From Nitrosomonas sp. (lineage in GTDB: Bacteria; Pseudomonadota; Gammaproteobacteria; Burkholderiales; Nitrosomonadaceae), in contig JAAEXZ010000001.1 in assembly GCA_017879645.1 (NCBI GenBank), positions 3,583-67,582 of the forward strand: 64,000 nt of DNA. Direction: 5' to 3'. The translations under genes and the position numbers were made by a program. Shown one piece after another: positions 29,989-39,183 of this stretch. Position 1 is the first letter of the stretch, and each line of letters starts with the position of its first letter. Under the pieces are notes generated by a model. That model saw only the letters and a program-made list of their open reading frames with translations. It had not been told where the DNA came from and searched no databases.

Positions 29989-30673
29989 GTTAGATCATCA
30001 AGTTAATCAACCCATTCTCAGTACCCAAGCCCTAACGAAGCAAGTCAGCATAGGCGAGACGCAACTGACCATACTGCATGACATCACCTTGCAGGTCAAT
30101 CCAGGTGAAGCCGTTGCCATACTGGGTGCGTCGGGTTCGGGTAAATCCACTTTACTTGGATTACTGGCAGGATTGGATTTGCCAAGCTCGGGAAAAGTTC
30201 ATCTACAGGATGTAGATCTTTTTACTCTGGATGAGGATAGCAGGGCGGCACTGCGGGGCAAGATGATGGGATTTGTATTTCAATCGTTCCAGTTGTTGCC
30301 TGCGCTGACAGCCATTGAAAATGTCATGCTGCCATTGGAATTGGCCGCTACCGACAATGCCGAGAGTGTGGCGCAGAAATTATTGCAGCGGGTCGGACTG
30401 GCAAATCGACTGTACCATTATCCCAAGCAGTTATCGGGGGGTGAACAACAGCGAGTGGCCATTGCGCGGGCTTTTGCAACTGAACCTAGGTTATTGCTGG
30501 CGGATGAGCCAACCGGCAATCTCGATTCGGCTACCGGTGTGCAAATTATCGAACTCATGTTCGAACTTAATCGGGAACATGGTACGACACTGATTCTGGT
30601 GACACACGACGAAGTCCTGTCGAGACGCTGCTCGCGGCAGATAAGACTGGCCGATGGTAAACTGCTGCAATGA
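29987..30673 (+). CDS. ybbA: ABC transporter ATP-binding protein (YbbA-like)
   Basis: Walker A GASGSGKST, signature LSGGEQQRV and Walker B LLLADEPT. Start set at ATG 29987 (MLDHQVNQ...); the listed upstream extension overlaps tesA. Confidence 0.8.
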   Translation: MLDHQVNQPILSTQALTKQVSIGETQLTILHDITLQVNPGEAVAILGASGSGKSTLLGLLAGLDLPSSGKVHLQDVDLFTLDEDSRAALRGKMMGFVFQSFQLLPALTAIENVMLPLELAATDNAESVAQKLLQRVGLANRLYHYPKQLSGGEQQRVAIARAFATEPRLLLADEPTGNLDSATGVQIIELMFELNREHGTTLILVTHDEVLSRRCSRQIRLADGKLLQ

Positions 30674-30709
30674 GCCTGAATTTTATTTTTCCACTGATTT
30701 TTTCGTTTC

Positions 30710-33223
30710 ATGAACTCGTTTAGATTTTCCTTGCGCATGCTATTTCGTGATTGGCGTGCCGGAGAGCTCAATGTTCTGATATTGGCTCTGGTGATTGCAA
30801 TCAGCAGTCTCACGACAGTGGGTTTTTTTGCAGATCGTGTCGAATTGGCGCTTGCCCGGGAGAGTAATCAGCTGCTCGGAGCCGATTTGCTGGTTATTTC
30901 CAGTCAACCCATTCCCGATACATTGACAGCAGAAGCATCTCGCAGGGGTTTGGCGGTATCCTCACTGATCAAATTTCCCAGCATGATTTCCAATGGTGAT
31001 AGTAATCTGCTAACGGAGATCAAGGCTGTCACCGAAGGTTATCCACTTCGGGGGCGCATTAACCTGGCTGATCAATTCTCTATAAACGGTGATGTATCGA
31101 CACCGGCGCATAGAGTGGCCGAGGGGATTCCGCTGCCCGGAACCATCTGGATCGACGAAAAAGTCATGACCCGGCTCGAGCTCAAGCCAGGTGACAGAGT
31201 GGATGTGGGGATGACGCAATTGGTGGTGACTGAATTGATCACCCGCGAACCGGATCACTCGGTGGGATTTGTCAGCATGGGGCCCCGTGCCATCATGAAT
31301 GCGGTCGATTTGCCAAAGACAGGCTTGATTCAGGAAGGTAGTCGTGTCTCCTATCAGTTATTGCTTGCCGGTGAACTGAAAAAGGTGGAACAGTATCGCG
31401 AGTGGGTCAAACCGCAATTGACCCGTGCGCAGCGATTGGAAGGCATTCGAGATGCACGACCGGAAATCAGAGCGGCTCTCGAGCGAGCCGAGAAGTTTCT
31501 GAGTCTGGCTGCCCTGGCCAGTGTGGTCTTGGCTGCGGCAGCGCTGGCTTTGGCCGTGCGCCGTTTTACCTTGCGTCATCTTGACGGATGCGCAGTGATG
31601 CGTAGCCTAGGCGCCAGTCAGAAGCAATTGTTTTATTTATATCTGTACTATTTCATCGTGCTGGGTATCGTGGCCAGTACCATCGGCAGTCTGATCGGTT
31701 TTGCGGCTCAACAGGTTTTGACGCAATGGTTAACCGGCATTGTTGATACTGAGCTTCCCTGGCCGGATGCATTGCCGGCAGTTCAAGGCGTGATGGTAGG
31801 ATTGGTGCTGCTGCTCGGGTTTGCCTTGCCGCCAGTGCTGAATTTGCGTAGTGTGCCGGCGCTGCGTGTATTGCGCAGGGATATCGGATTGTCCAATACA
31901 CACAGTGTGGCAGGTTATGTACTCGGATTGATCGCCTTGTCTTTGATGTTTATCTGGAAAGCTCAGGATCTGAAGTTGGGCCTGTATATTGTTGCTGGAT
32001 TCATCACTGCCATAACGGTATTTGGTGCCATCGGCTGGTTGTTGATCAGGGTATTGGGAGGGTTACGGCATCAAGCGGGGGGGGCGTGGCGTTATGGTTT
32101 GGCAAGCATACGCCGGCGTGCAGCTTCCAGTGTGCTGCAGGCTGTGGCACTGGGGTTGGGCCTGATGGCGTTGTTGTTGTTAACCTTGATTCAAGACGAT
32201 CTGATCAAGGACTGGCATACCAGTTTGCCAGCTGATGCACCGAATCACTTTCTGGTCAATATTCAATCAGATCAGGTGCAAGCCATACAGACATTCTTTC
32301 AGCAACATGACATCACGCAGCCGCGCATGTTTCCCATGGTCAGGGCGCGGTTGAGCAAAATTAACGGTAAATCGGTTGCAGCCGAGGACTATGCGCACGA
32401 TCCACATGCCGAACGCCATGTCAGGCGCGAGTTCAATCTTTCTTGGACGAATCGACTGATGTCCGACAATCAGGTTGTAAAGGGAACATGGTGGCAGGAT
32501 GGCACACAGGAAGCCTTATTGTCGTTTGAGGAAGGTCTGGCCAAAACGCTGGGGCTCAGGGTAGGCGACGAATTGACTTACGATATTGCGGGCAGTGCGT
32601 TTTCGGCTCGTATCGATAACCTTAGAAAGGTCGACTGGGATACTTTCCGGGTCAATTTTTTTGTTCTGGTTCCACCGGGTCTGCTGGATCAGTATCCAGC
32701 CAGCTATATCACCAGTTTTTATGTGTCACCAGCACAGGCATCGGTGATGCATGAACTGGTCAGGGCTTTTCCCAATCTTCTTGTGGTCGATGTTGCGATT
32801 GTCATCGGTCAGGTACAGCAAATGATCCGGCAGGTTTCCCAGGCGATCGAGTTTGTTTTTGTCTTTACTATGCTGGCAGGTTTTGCCGTACTTTATGCTG
32901 CCATTGCATCCACTCACGATGAGCGCATACATGAAGCGGCTGTTTTCAGGGCGTTGGGTGCGCGACGACAGCAATTATCGCGTGCCTGGGCCGCCGAGTT
33001 TGCCCTGCTGGGTGGGCTATCGGGTTTGTTTGCTTCCGCTGGAGCCAGTGCGCTCGGCTACGTGATCGGGGAACATGTGCTGAATCTTCAGTACTCCTTT
33101 AATCCCTGGATCTGGTTGATCGGTACATCGATAGGTGCAGTAGGGGTGTTGCTGGCCGGCATGCTGGGGACGCGTTCGGTACTGTCGACTCCGCCACTCC
33201 TGACATTGCGCAATATAGGCTGA
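30710..33223 (+). CDS. ybbP: ABC transporter permease with duplicated FtsX domains (YbbP-like)
   Basis: 837 aa with two FtsX-type 4-TM modules separated by large periplasmic loops. Follows the ybbA-like ATPase. Confidence 0.75.
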   Translation: MNSFRFSLRMLFRDWRAGELNVLILALVIAISSLTTVGFFADRVELALARESNQLLGADLLVISSQPIPDTLTAEASRRGLAVSSLIKFPSMISNGDSNLLTEIKAVTEGYPLRGRINLADQFSINGDVSTPAHRVAEGIPLPGTIWIDEKVMTRLELKPGDRVDVGMTQLVVTELITREPDHSVGFVSMGPRAIMNAVDLPKTGLIQEGSRVSYQLLLAGELKKVEQYREWVKPQLTRAQRLEGIRDARPEIRAALERAEKFLSLAALASVVLAAAALALAVRRFTLRHLDGCAVMRSLGASQKQLFYLYLYYFIVLGIVASTIGSLIGFAAQQVLTQWLTGIVDTELPWPDALPAVQGVMVGLVLLLGFALPPVLNLRSVPALRVLRRDIGLSNTHSVAGYVLGLIALSLMFIWKAQDLKLGLYIVAGFITAITVFGAIGWLLIRVLGGLRHQAGGAWRYGLASIRRRAASSVLQAVALGLGLMALLLLTLIQDDLIKDWHTSLPADAPNHFLVNIQSDQVQAIQTFFQQHDITQPRMFPMVRARLSKINGKSVAAEDYAHDPHAERHVRREFNLSWTNRLMSDNQVVKGTWWQDGTQEALLSFEEGLAKTLGLRVGDELTYDIAGSAFSARIDNLRKVDWDTFRVNFFVLVPPGLLDQYPASYITSFYVSPAQASVMHELVRAFPNLLVVDVAIVIGQVQQMIRQVSQAIEFVFVFTMLAGFAVLYAAIASTHDERIHEAAVFRALGARRQQLSRAWAAEFALLGGLSGLFASAGASALGYVIGEHVLNLQYSFNPWIWLIGTSIGAVGVLLAGMLGTRSVLSTPPLLTLRNIG

Positions 33224-33239
33224 CCTGGCTGGAAAACGT

Positions 33240-34454
33240 ATGACCACATCGTCGCAAGATCCGGCTGACGTGAGTGTGCCGAAATTAAAAGCGCTGCCGC
33301 CACTGAGTCTGTATATCCATATTCCCTGGTGCCTGAAGAAATGCCCTTACTGTGACTTCAATTCGCATGCGATAAAGACAGCGGATGCACAGGTACCCGA
33401 AGCGGAATATGCCGCTGCACTCATTCGCGATCTGGAATCAGCCCTGGCGGAAGTATGGGGGCGGCGTCTCGGCAGCGTGTTTTTTGGGGGCGGTACACCG
33501 AGTGTATTCAGCGCGCAGTCAATTGACAGAATATTGACTGCGGTGCGCATGCTGTTACCGCTGGAGCCCTATGCCGAAGTTACGCTGGAAGCCAATCCCG
33601 GTACGTTTGAGGCACAAAAGTTCAAGGACTTCCGTGCGGCCGGAATCAACCGCCTGTCCATCGGCATACAGAGTTTCAATCCACACCATTTAAAGGCACT
33701 GGGACGTGTGCACGATGATCGTGAAGCATGGCGTGCAGTTGAAATGGCACAAAACCATTTCGATAATATCAACCTCGATGTGATGTATGCCTTGCCCGGG
33801 CAAACCGTCCAGCAAGCACAGGTTGATATCGAAACGGCCTGTTCATTCGGGGTTTCGCATCTCTCGGCCTATCATCTGACCCTCGAACCCAATACGCTGT
33901 TTTATCGTTTTCCCCCGCAACTTCCCGATGATGAAACCGCAGCCACGATGCAGGAAATGATCGAGCAAACCCTGATGAATCGGGGGTATCGTCATTACGA
34001 GACTTCCGCTTATGCGCAGCCCGGAAAGGAATCTCAGCACAACACCAATTACTGGTTGTTTGGTGATTATCTGGGCATCGGAGCGGGCGCACACAGCAAA
34101 ATCAGTTTTTCGGATAAAATCGTGCGCCAGATGCGTTTCAAGCAACCCCGGCAGTATCTGGAGCAGGCGGCCTCCGCTACATCGCTGATTCAGACACAGC
34201 ATAGCCTGACATCGGCCGACCGGGGATTCGAGTTCATGATGAATGCGTTGCGATTGCACGGTGGATTTGATACACCGCTTTTTCAGGAACGGACGGGGCT
34301 GCCGGTGGATGAATTGCGACAACAACTCGATGAAGCCGAGCGACAGGGATTGCTGGTATGGGACCGGCATCGTATCAAGCCAACCGTACTGGGCAGGCGT
34401 TTTTTGAATGATTTGCTGCAATTATTCTTGCCCGCCGAACCAAGTGTGAAATAA
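33240..34454 (+). CDS. hemW: Radical SAM heme chaperone HemW (HemN-like, oxygen-independent coproporphyrinogen oxidase family)
   Basis: LSLYIHIPWCLKKCPYCDFNSH cluster motif, GGGTPS, and a HemN C-terminal domain. 404 aa. Confidence 0.85.
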   Translation: MTTSSQDPADVSVPKLKALPPLSLYIHIPWCLKKCPYCDFNSHAIKTADAQVPEAEYAAALIRDLESALAEVWGRRLGSVFFGGGTPSVFSAQSIDRILTAVRMLLPLEPYAEVTLEANPGTFEAQKFKDFRAAGINRLSIGIQSFNPHHLKALGRVHDDREAWRAVEMAQNHFDNINLDVMYALPGQTVQQAQVDIETACSFGVSHLSAYHLTLEPNTLFYRFPPQLPDDETAATMQEMIEQTLMNRGYRHYETSAYAQPGKESQHNTNYWLFGDYLGIGAGAHSKISFSDKIVRQMRFKQPRQYLEQAASATSLIQTQHSLTSADRGFEFMMNALRLHGGFDTPLFQERTGLPVDELRQQLDEAERQGLLVWDRHRIKPTVLGRRFLNDLLQLFLPAEPSVK

Positions 34455-34533
34455 GGTCGCGCGGGCGACTCTGCCGCAGCGTGGAGCAGCGAAGCCCGGA
34501 AATAGTCATTTTGAGTTAAGAAAGGAGAGATTC

Positions 34534-35337
34534 GTGGCCTATGTGAAGCCGGAAGAAGTCATTGAGAACATGTTGCAGGCGGGCGCCAAGAAAGCCAATC
34601 TTCCTGTGCCGCAATTACTGATCCGCGGGCTTTTGTCCGGTGCTTTTCTGGGATATGCAACGACACTGGCTATACTGGCAGCCACACAAACCGGAGTGGG
34701 CATGGCGGGCGCACTGGTTTTTCCAATCGGTTTTGTCATGATCATCCTGCTGGGACTGGAACTGGCAACCGGTAATTTTGCCTTGATCCCGATTGCCGTC
34801 ACGGATAATCGCGTTACGTTTCACCGCTTGCTGGTTAACTGGTTCTGGGTGCTGACCGGAAACCTCATTGGTAGCGTCATGTATGCCTACCTGTATTGCA
34901 TAGTGGCAACGAAAATGGGATCGATCGATCCGGAGACGATTCCTGCCTTGCAGCGCATCATTGCCATTGCAGAAACCAAGACACTGGAATATGCCAAACT
35001 TGGTTTGGATGGCACGATCACAGCTTTTGTCAGTGCCATGCTATGTAACTGGATGGTCACGCTAGGGGCGGTGATGGCTTTCACTTCGACGACCACAGGT
35101 GGCAAGATCGCTGCGATGTGGTTGCCGATCATGACCTTTTTTGGCTTGGGGTATGAACATGCGATTGTGAATATGTTTGTCATTCCAGCGGGTATGCTGA
35201 TCGGCGCCAACATTACACTGGCCGAGTGGTGGATATGGAATGGACTGCCGGTCATAGCGGGTAATCTGATGGGAGGAATGATCTTTACCGGATTTGCACT
35301 ATACTGGTGTTATCGCACCAAAAGTGTTGTCTCGTGA
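34534..35337 (+). CDS. Formate/nitrite transporter (FNT) family channel
   Basis: GTG start 4-5 nt after AAAGGAGAG. Six-TM FNT pattern (LLIRGLLSGAFLGYAT..., LELATGNFAL, FGLGYEHAIVNMF). Confidence 0.85.
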   Translation: MAYVKPEEVIENMLQAGAKKANLPVPQLLIRGLLSGAFLGYATTLAILAATQTGVGMAGALVFPIGFVMIILLGLELATGNFALIPIAVTDNRVTFHRLLVNWFWVLTGNLIGSVMYAYLYCIVATKMGSIDPETIPALQRIIAIAETKTLEYAKLGLDGTITAFVSAMLCNWMVTLGAVMAFTSTTTGGKIAAMWLPIMTFFGLGYEHAIVNMFVIPAGMLIGANITLAEWWIWNGLPVIAGNLMGGMIFTGFALYWCYRTKSVVS

Positions 35338-35388
35338 CGCGATAGCCGTTGCTGGTTTGTCATCTTTACCCGCGATAAGTCTTCGGAA

Positions 35389-35832
35389 TTAAAGATTGTA
35401 GTTTTCTGCAGCATGCAGATGCGTGTGCAGCAAATCGTAAATCCGCTCTCCCATGAGCTGATGCGGATCGAAAGCGGGTGTTTTTTGGATTTGTTCAAAG
35501 GCCTGCCGGGTATCGGAATTCTCGCCAACATAAGCCATGAACCATTCGCTAAAGCGACGTGCTGGCGTGAGGTCAAAATCCAGAATGGCGACATTGGAGT
35601 GCCGGGGATCACACTGGATGCGTTCGAAGGTCTGTTGAATTTGATGGTGTGTGCCTTCCAGGACCTGAGCGAAGCAATTCCTGTTGAACATCAATGCGCC
35701 GGTGATATTGGCAGCGCGGTTGTTTTGCCGTGAGATGGCGAGAATTTGCTCGATTTCCTCACGAATTGTACTGTCGTTCCCGCAAATTTCGCTGTGACTC
35801 AGGTAAATCAATTGATACAAGTCATTTTTCAT
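35389..35832 (-). CDS. Stand-alone BLUF blue-light FAD photoreceptor
   Basis: LYQLIYLS (photoactive Tyr), NITGALMFNRNCFAQVLEG (photoactive Gln) and DPRH...FSEWFM (Trp/Met) all present. 147 aa with no output domain. Confidence 0.88.
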   Translation of the reverse strand: MKNDLYQLIYLSHSEICGNDSTIREEIEQILAISRQNNRAANITGALMFNRNCFAQVLEGTHHQIQQTFERIQCDPRHSNVAILDFDLTPARRFSEWFMAYVGENSDTRQAFEQIQKTPAFDPHQLMGERIYDLLHTHLHAAENYNL

Positions 35833-35930
35833 GGTAATCCTTCCAAGTAGTTCGATGTACTGTTGCGGAAGTACTGAAAATCGACCGCACCTTGGGTCAT
35901 CGCATACTACTTCTTCAGGACTTTCCTATG

Positions 35931-37622
35931 TCAAAAAAGCTCCAAAATTTTCTCAACCGGAACAGGTTTGCTGATCAGATATCCCTGTACTGCATTGCAT
36001 CCATTGTGCGCCAGGTAATCCAGCTGCTCTTCTGTTTCAACGCCCTCTGCCAAGGTATCCATATTCAACGCCTGACCCAGCGACAAGATGGCCTGTACCA
36101 GTGCGCGCGATTTTTCTGTCTGCAAACTGCGAATGAACGATTGATCTATTTTGATTTTTGAAAACGGAAAGCTGTTCAAATAATTGAGGGATGAGAAACC
36201 GGTACCGAAATCATCCATGGCGATCGTGACGCCCATATTCTGTATGTGCCAGAGCTGCTCGAGGGTTTTTTCAATATTGCGAATCAACAATCCTTCGGTG
36301 ATTTCCAGTTCCAGCCGTTGTGGATCCAGTCCGCTCATATGCAAGGCACGCTGAATGTGGTGTATCAGGCTGCCATCCTCAAATTGCAGGGGGGAAACAT
36401 TGATGGCGACCCTGATGTTTGCAGGCCAGCGCGCGGCATCGTGGCAAGCGGTCTGCAAGACCCATTTACCGATGGTATGAATTTCTCCCATGCTTTCCGC
36501 GAGTGGAATGAACTGCGCAGGAGAGATCCAGTCCTTGCCGGATTTCTGCCAGCGCAGCAAGGCTTCGCATCCGACAATTTTACGGTTGTGCATGTCAATC
36601 TGGGGTTGGTAGAACAGCTGAAATTCCTGTAGCAGGAGTGCACGACGCAAACCGACCTCCAGGTTGTGCTGCTCGAGTGCTCTCTGTTCCAATCCGGGTT
36701 CAAAAATGCAATGACTGCCCGGCGCCTGTTTCTTGGCTTCGGCCAGTGCCCACTCGGCATGCTGGATCAGATTCTTGGCTTCATCCGTACCCTGATGCAG
36801 AATAGCCATGCCGACACATGCGTTGGTGTTGACCTGGCGGCCGTTAATCAGGAAAGGACGTTGTAGTAATTCCAGCAAACGCTTGGCCAGGGTCACGACA
36901 CTGGCAGGCTGTGTCTGATTGGTTTGCAGCACGATGAATTTGTCTCCATCCAGTGCGGTAACAAAATCGTCTGTCCGCGAGACGCGGGCAATGCGCTGTC
37001 CTGCCAGCTTGAGTACCTGATCGCCGGTGTCATAGCCCAGTGTTTCATTGATTTTTTTGAATTGACTTAATCCAATGAGAATGACAGCCAGCGACCGATT
37101 TTCGGATTGATCGGTTTCCCAATCAGCAAGTATTTGGTGCAATTGCTGGCGATGACCCAATGTCGGCTGAGATTCATGGTTTTCAGTTTTGTCGGCATTG
37201 CGTTGAATCAGTAATGTATGATCAGAGGGCAGGGACTCAGCGATGATCAGGCGATGATCCTGATTTAATGCGGTCCATTGCAAACGGATCATGCTTTTAT
37301 CTTCAGGAATTGCGATTTCAAGTGTGCCGGCTTGAGGACAGGTTAATGTGTGTTGCCAGTGCATGACATCCACGGAACGGATGTGCTGCACATATTCAAA
37401 GATAGAGTGTCCCGGTTGAACCGGTTGTGTATGAAGCAGTCGGGTGAAAGCCGTATTGGCGGATAAAATTTTTCCCGATGTGTCAATATAAGCGATACCG
37501 AAACCGGTATGCAGTTGGGAAATATCCTGAAATTGGGGTATGGCGTTGTGCATGATCCTTTCCATTTTTATTGTATTGATGACAAGCGGCAGGACAGTGC
37601 GACAGTGGCAGAAATGCCGCAT
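35931..37622 (-). CDS. PAS / degenerate GGDEF / EAL protein (probable c-di-GMP phosphodiesterase)
   Basis: The GGDEF site reads LDGDKF instead of GGDEF. The EAL domain is canonical (GCEALLRW, DDFGTGFSSLNYL, KIDQSF). The true start is uncertain (M1, M20 or M24 of the ORF). Confidence 0.85.
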   Translation of the reverse strand: MRHFCHCRTVLPLVINTIKMERIMHNAIPQFQDISQLHTGFGIAYIDTSGKILSANTAFTRLLHTQPVQPGHSIFEYVQHIRSVDVMHWQHTLTCPQAGTLEIAIPEDKSMIRLQWTALNQDHRLIIAESLPSDHTLLIQRNADKTENHESQPTLGHRQQLHQILADWETDQSENRSLAVILIGLSQFKKINETLGYDTGDQVLKLAGQRIARVSRTDDFVTALDGDKFIVLQTNQTQPASVVTLAKRLLELLQRPFLINGRQVNTNACVGMAILHQGTDEAKNLIQHAEWALAEAKKQAPGSHCIFEPGLEQRALEQHNLEVGLRRALLLQEFQLFYQPQIDMHNRKIVGCEALLRWQKSGKDWISPAQFIPLAESMGEIHTIGKWVLQTACHDAARWPANIRVAINVSPLQFEDGSLIHHIQRALHMSGLDPQRLELEITEGLLIRNIEKTLEQLWHIQNMGVTIAMDDFGTGFSSLNYLNSFPFSKIKIDQSFIRSLQTEKSRALVQAILSLGQALNMDTLAEGVETEEQLDYLAHNGCNAVQGYLISKPVPVEKILELF

Positions 37623-37807
37623 TTTTCAGGATGATGCCGCGATACTGTTAGCATGAATATACTCCGTGAATCAGATCGGGTTTGCGCTGCAGCATTGTAC
37701 CGGATCGACAGAATTCATGGCGCCGCTTAATTTCAGGATTTGGAAAGCAAAAAGCTGAATACAGACTGATGCCTTGGTCATGAAATAGGGAGTTGGAATA
37801 ATCTGAA

Positions 37808-38221
37808 ATGCCAAGAACCGGGATTTTACTTTCACTATCACGCGAACATCACTCTGCCTTGGTGCTGGCGCGGGCAGCCTCGCGTGCAGCGGAGAGCGGG
37901 GATGCAAACGTACAAGCCGAAATGATTGAACGTATTGAGATCTATTGGGAATCGATCATGGCGCGGCATTTTGAGGTGGAGGAACAGTTGATGGCTCAGA
38001 TTGGTAAGGATCTGGATTCACAATCCGTGATGCAGGTTTTGTCCGAGCATGCCGAGTTGCGCCTGCTTGTCGATCGGGAATGCACGATGGAGCCGGTTGC
38101 ACGGTTGCGGCGATTCGGAGATGTACTCTATACCCATGTGCGTTTTGAAGAGCGCCACTTTTTTCCGCAGTTACAAGCCTCCCATGATCTGGAGGTGGAT
38201 CCGGCACATCCCGGAAAATGA
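37808..38221 (+). CDS. Hemerythrin HHE cation-binding domain protein
   Basis: Spaced His/Glu ligand pattern: SREHHSAL, HFEVEE, EHAELR, HVRFEERHFFP. 137 aa. Confidence 0.65.
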   Translation: MPRTGILLSLSREHHSALVLARAASRAAESGDANVQAEMIERIEIYWESIMARHFEVEEQLMAQIGKDLDSQSVMQVLSEHAELRLLVDRECTMEPVARLRRFGDVLYTHVRFEERHFFPQLQASHDLEVDPAHPGK

Positions 38222-38338
38222 ATCATACCAGCCGCATGAGATGAATCAGAGAACCACACTCCGCATTGATTTTGAAAGCTGGTTATGAGGAAAGGAATAC
38301 TTCAAAGCGCAGATCATCATGGAAATTGGCCATGACGA

Positions 38339-39181
38339 TCAACCCAATTGCTCGCTGTGATACTTCAAATGTTCGCCAATAAAGGTACTGATGAAATAAT
38401 AGCCGTGATCGTAACCACTGTGGAAGCGCAGTGTGAGTTTCTGGCTTGCTTCGCGGCAGGTTTTCTCCAAAGCTTCAGGATACAGTTGCGAAACCAGGAA
38501 CTGGTCGTCCATGCCTTGATCGATCAGTAAATCCGGTGCACGCATACCATCCTCAATCAACGCAGTGGCATCATGCTGACGCCAGCTTTGTTGATCTTCT
38601 CCCAGATAGTTGCGGAACGCTTTTTGTCCCCACGGACAGCGCATCGGTGCGCAAATCGGTGCCAGTGCCGATACGGATCGATATTTATCCGGGTGGTACA
38701 GAGCCAGTGTCAGAGCGCCATGTCCGCCCATCGAATGACCAAAAATACCTATCTGACCCGGATCGGCTGGAAACTGATCGAGAATGATCTGGCGCAGCTC
38801 ATGCGTCACGTAACTTTCCATTCGATAATATTGCGACCAGGGGGCTTGCGTCGCGTCCAGGTAGAATCCTGCACCGGCACCAAAATCCCAGGTATCGGTT
38901 TCACCTGCAATGCCGGTCTGACGCGGACTGGTATCCATGGTGATCAGCATCAGACCATATTCGGCGGCATAACGTTGTGCACCGGCCTTGATCATGAACG
39001 TTTCTTCGGTACAAGTCAGTCCGGCCAGGAAAAATAGTGCCGGCACGGCATGATTTTTGGCTTGAGGGGGTTGATACACGGAAAAGCGCATCGGCAGCCC
39101 GATGATTTCCGAAAGATGCTGGTAATATCCCTGGATGCCGCCAAAGCAGAGATGCTGGCTGCGGGTTTCAATTGTCGCCAC
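38339..39181 (-). CDS. fghA: S-formylglutathione hydrolase (esterase D)
   Basis: N-terminus with CFGG..., nucleophile elbow GHSMGGHGAL, and the C-terminal GYDHGYYFI motif. Directly downstream of adhC. Confidence 0.92.
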   Translation of the reverse strand: MATIETRSQHLCFGGIQGYYQHLSEIIGLPMRFSVYQPPQAKNHAVPALFFLAGLTCTEETFMIKAGAQRYAAEYGLMLITMDTSPRQTGIAGETDTWDFGAGAGFYLDATQAPWSQYYRMESYVTHELRQIILDQFPADPGQIGIFGHSMGGHGALTLALYHPDKYRSVSALAPICAPMRCPWGQKAFRNYLGEDQQSWRQHDATALIEDGMRAPDLLIDQGMDDQFLVSQLYPEALEKTCREASQKLTLRFHSGYDHGYYFISTFIGEHLKYHSEQLG

Positions 39182-39183
39182 GA

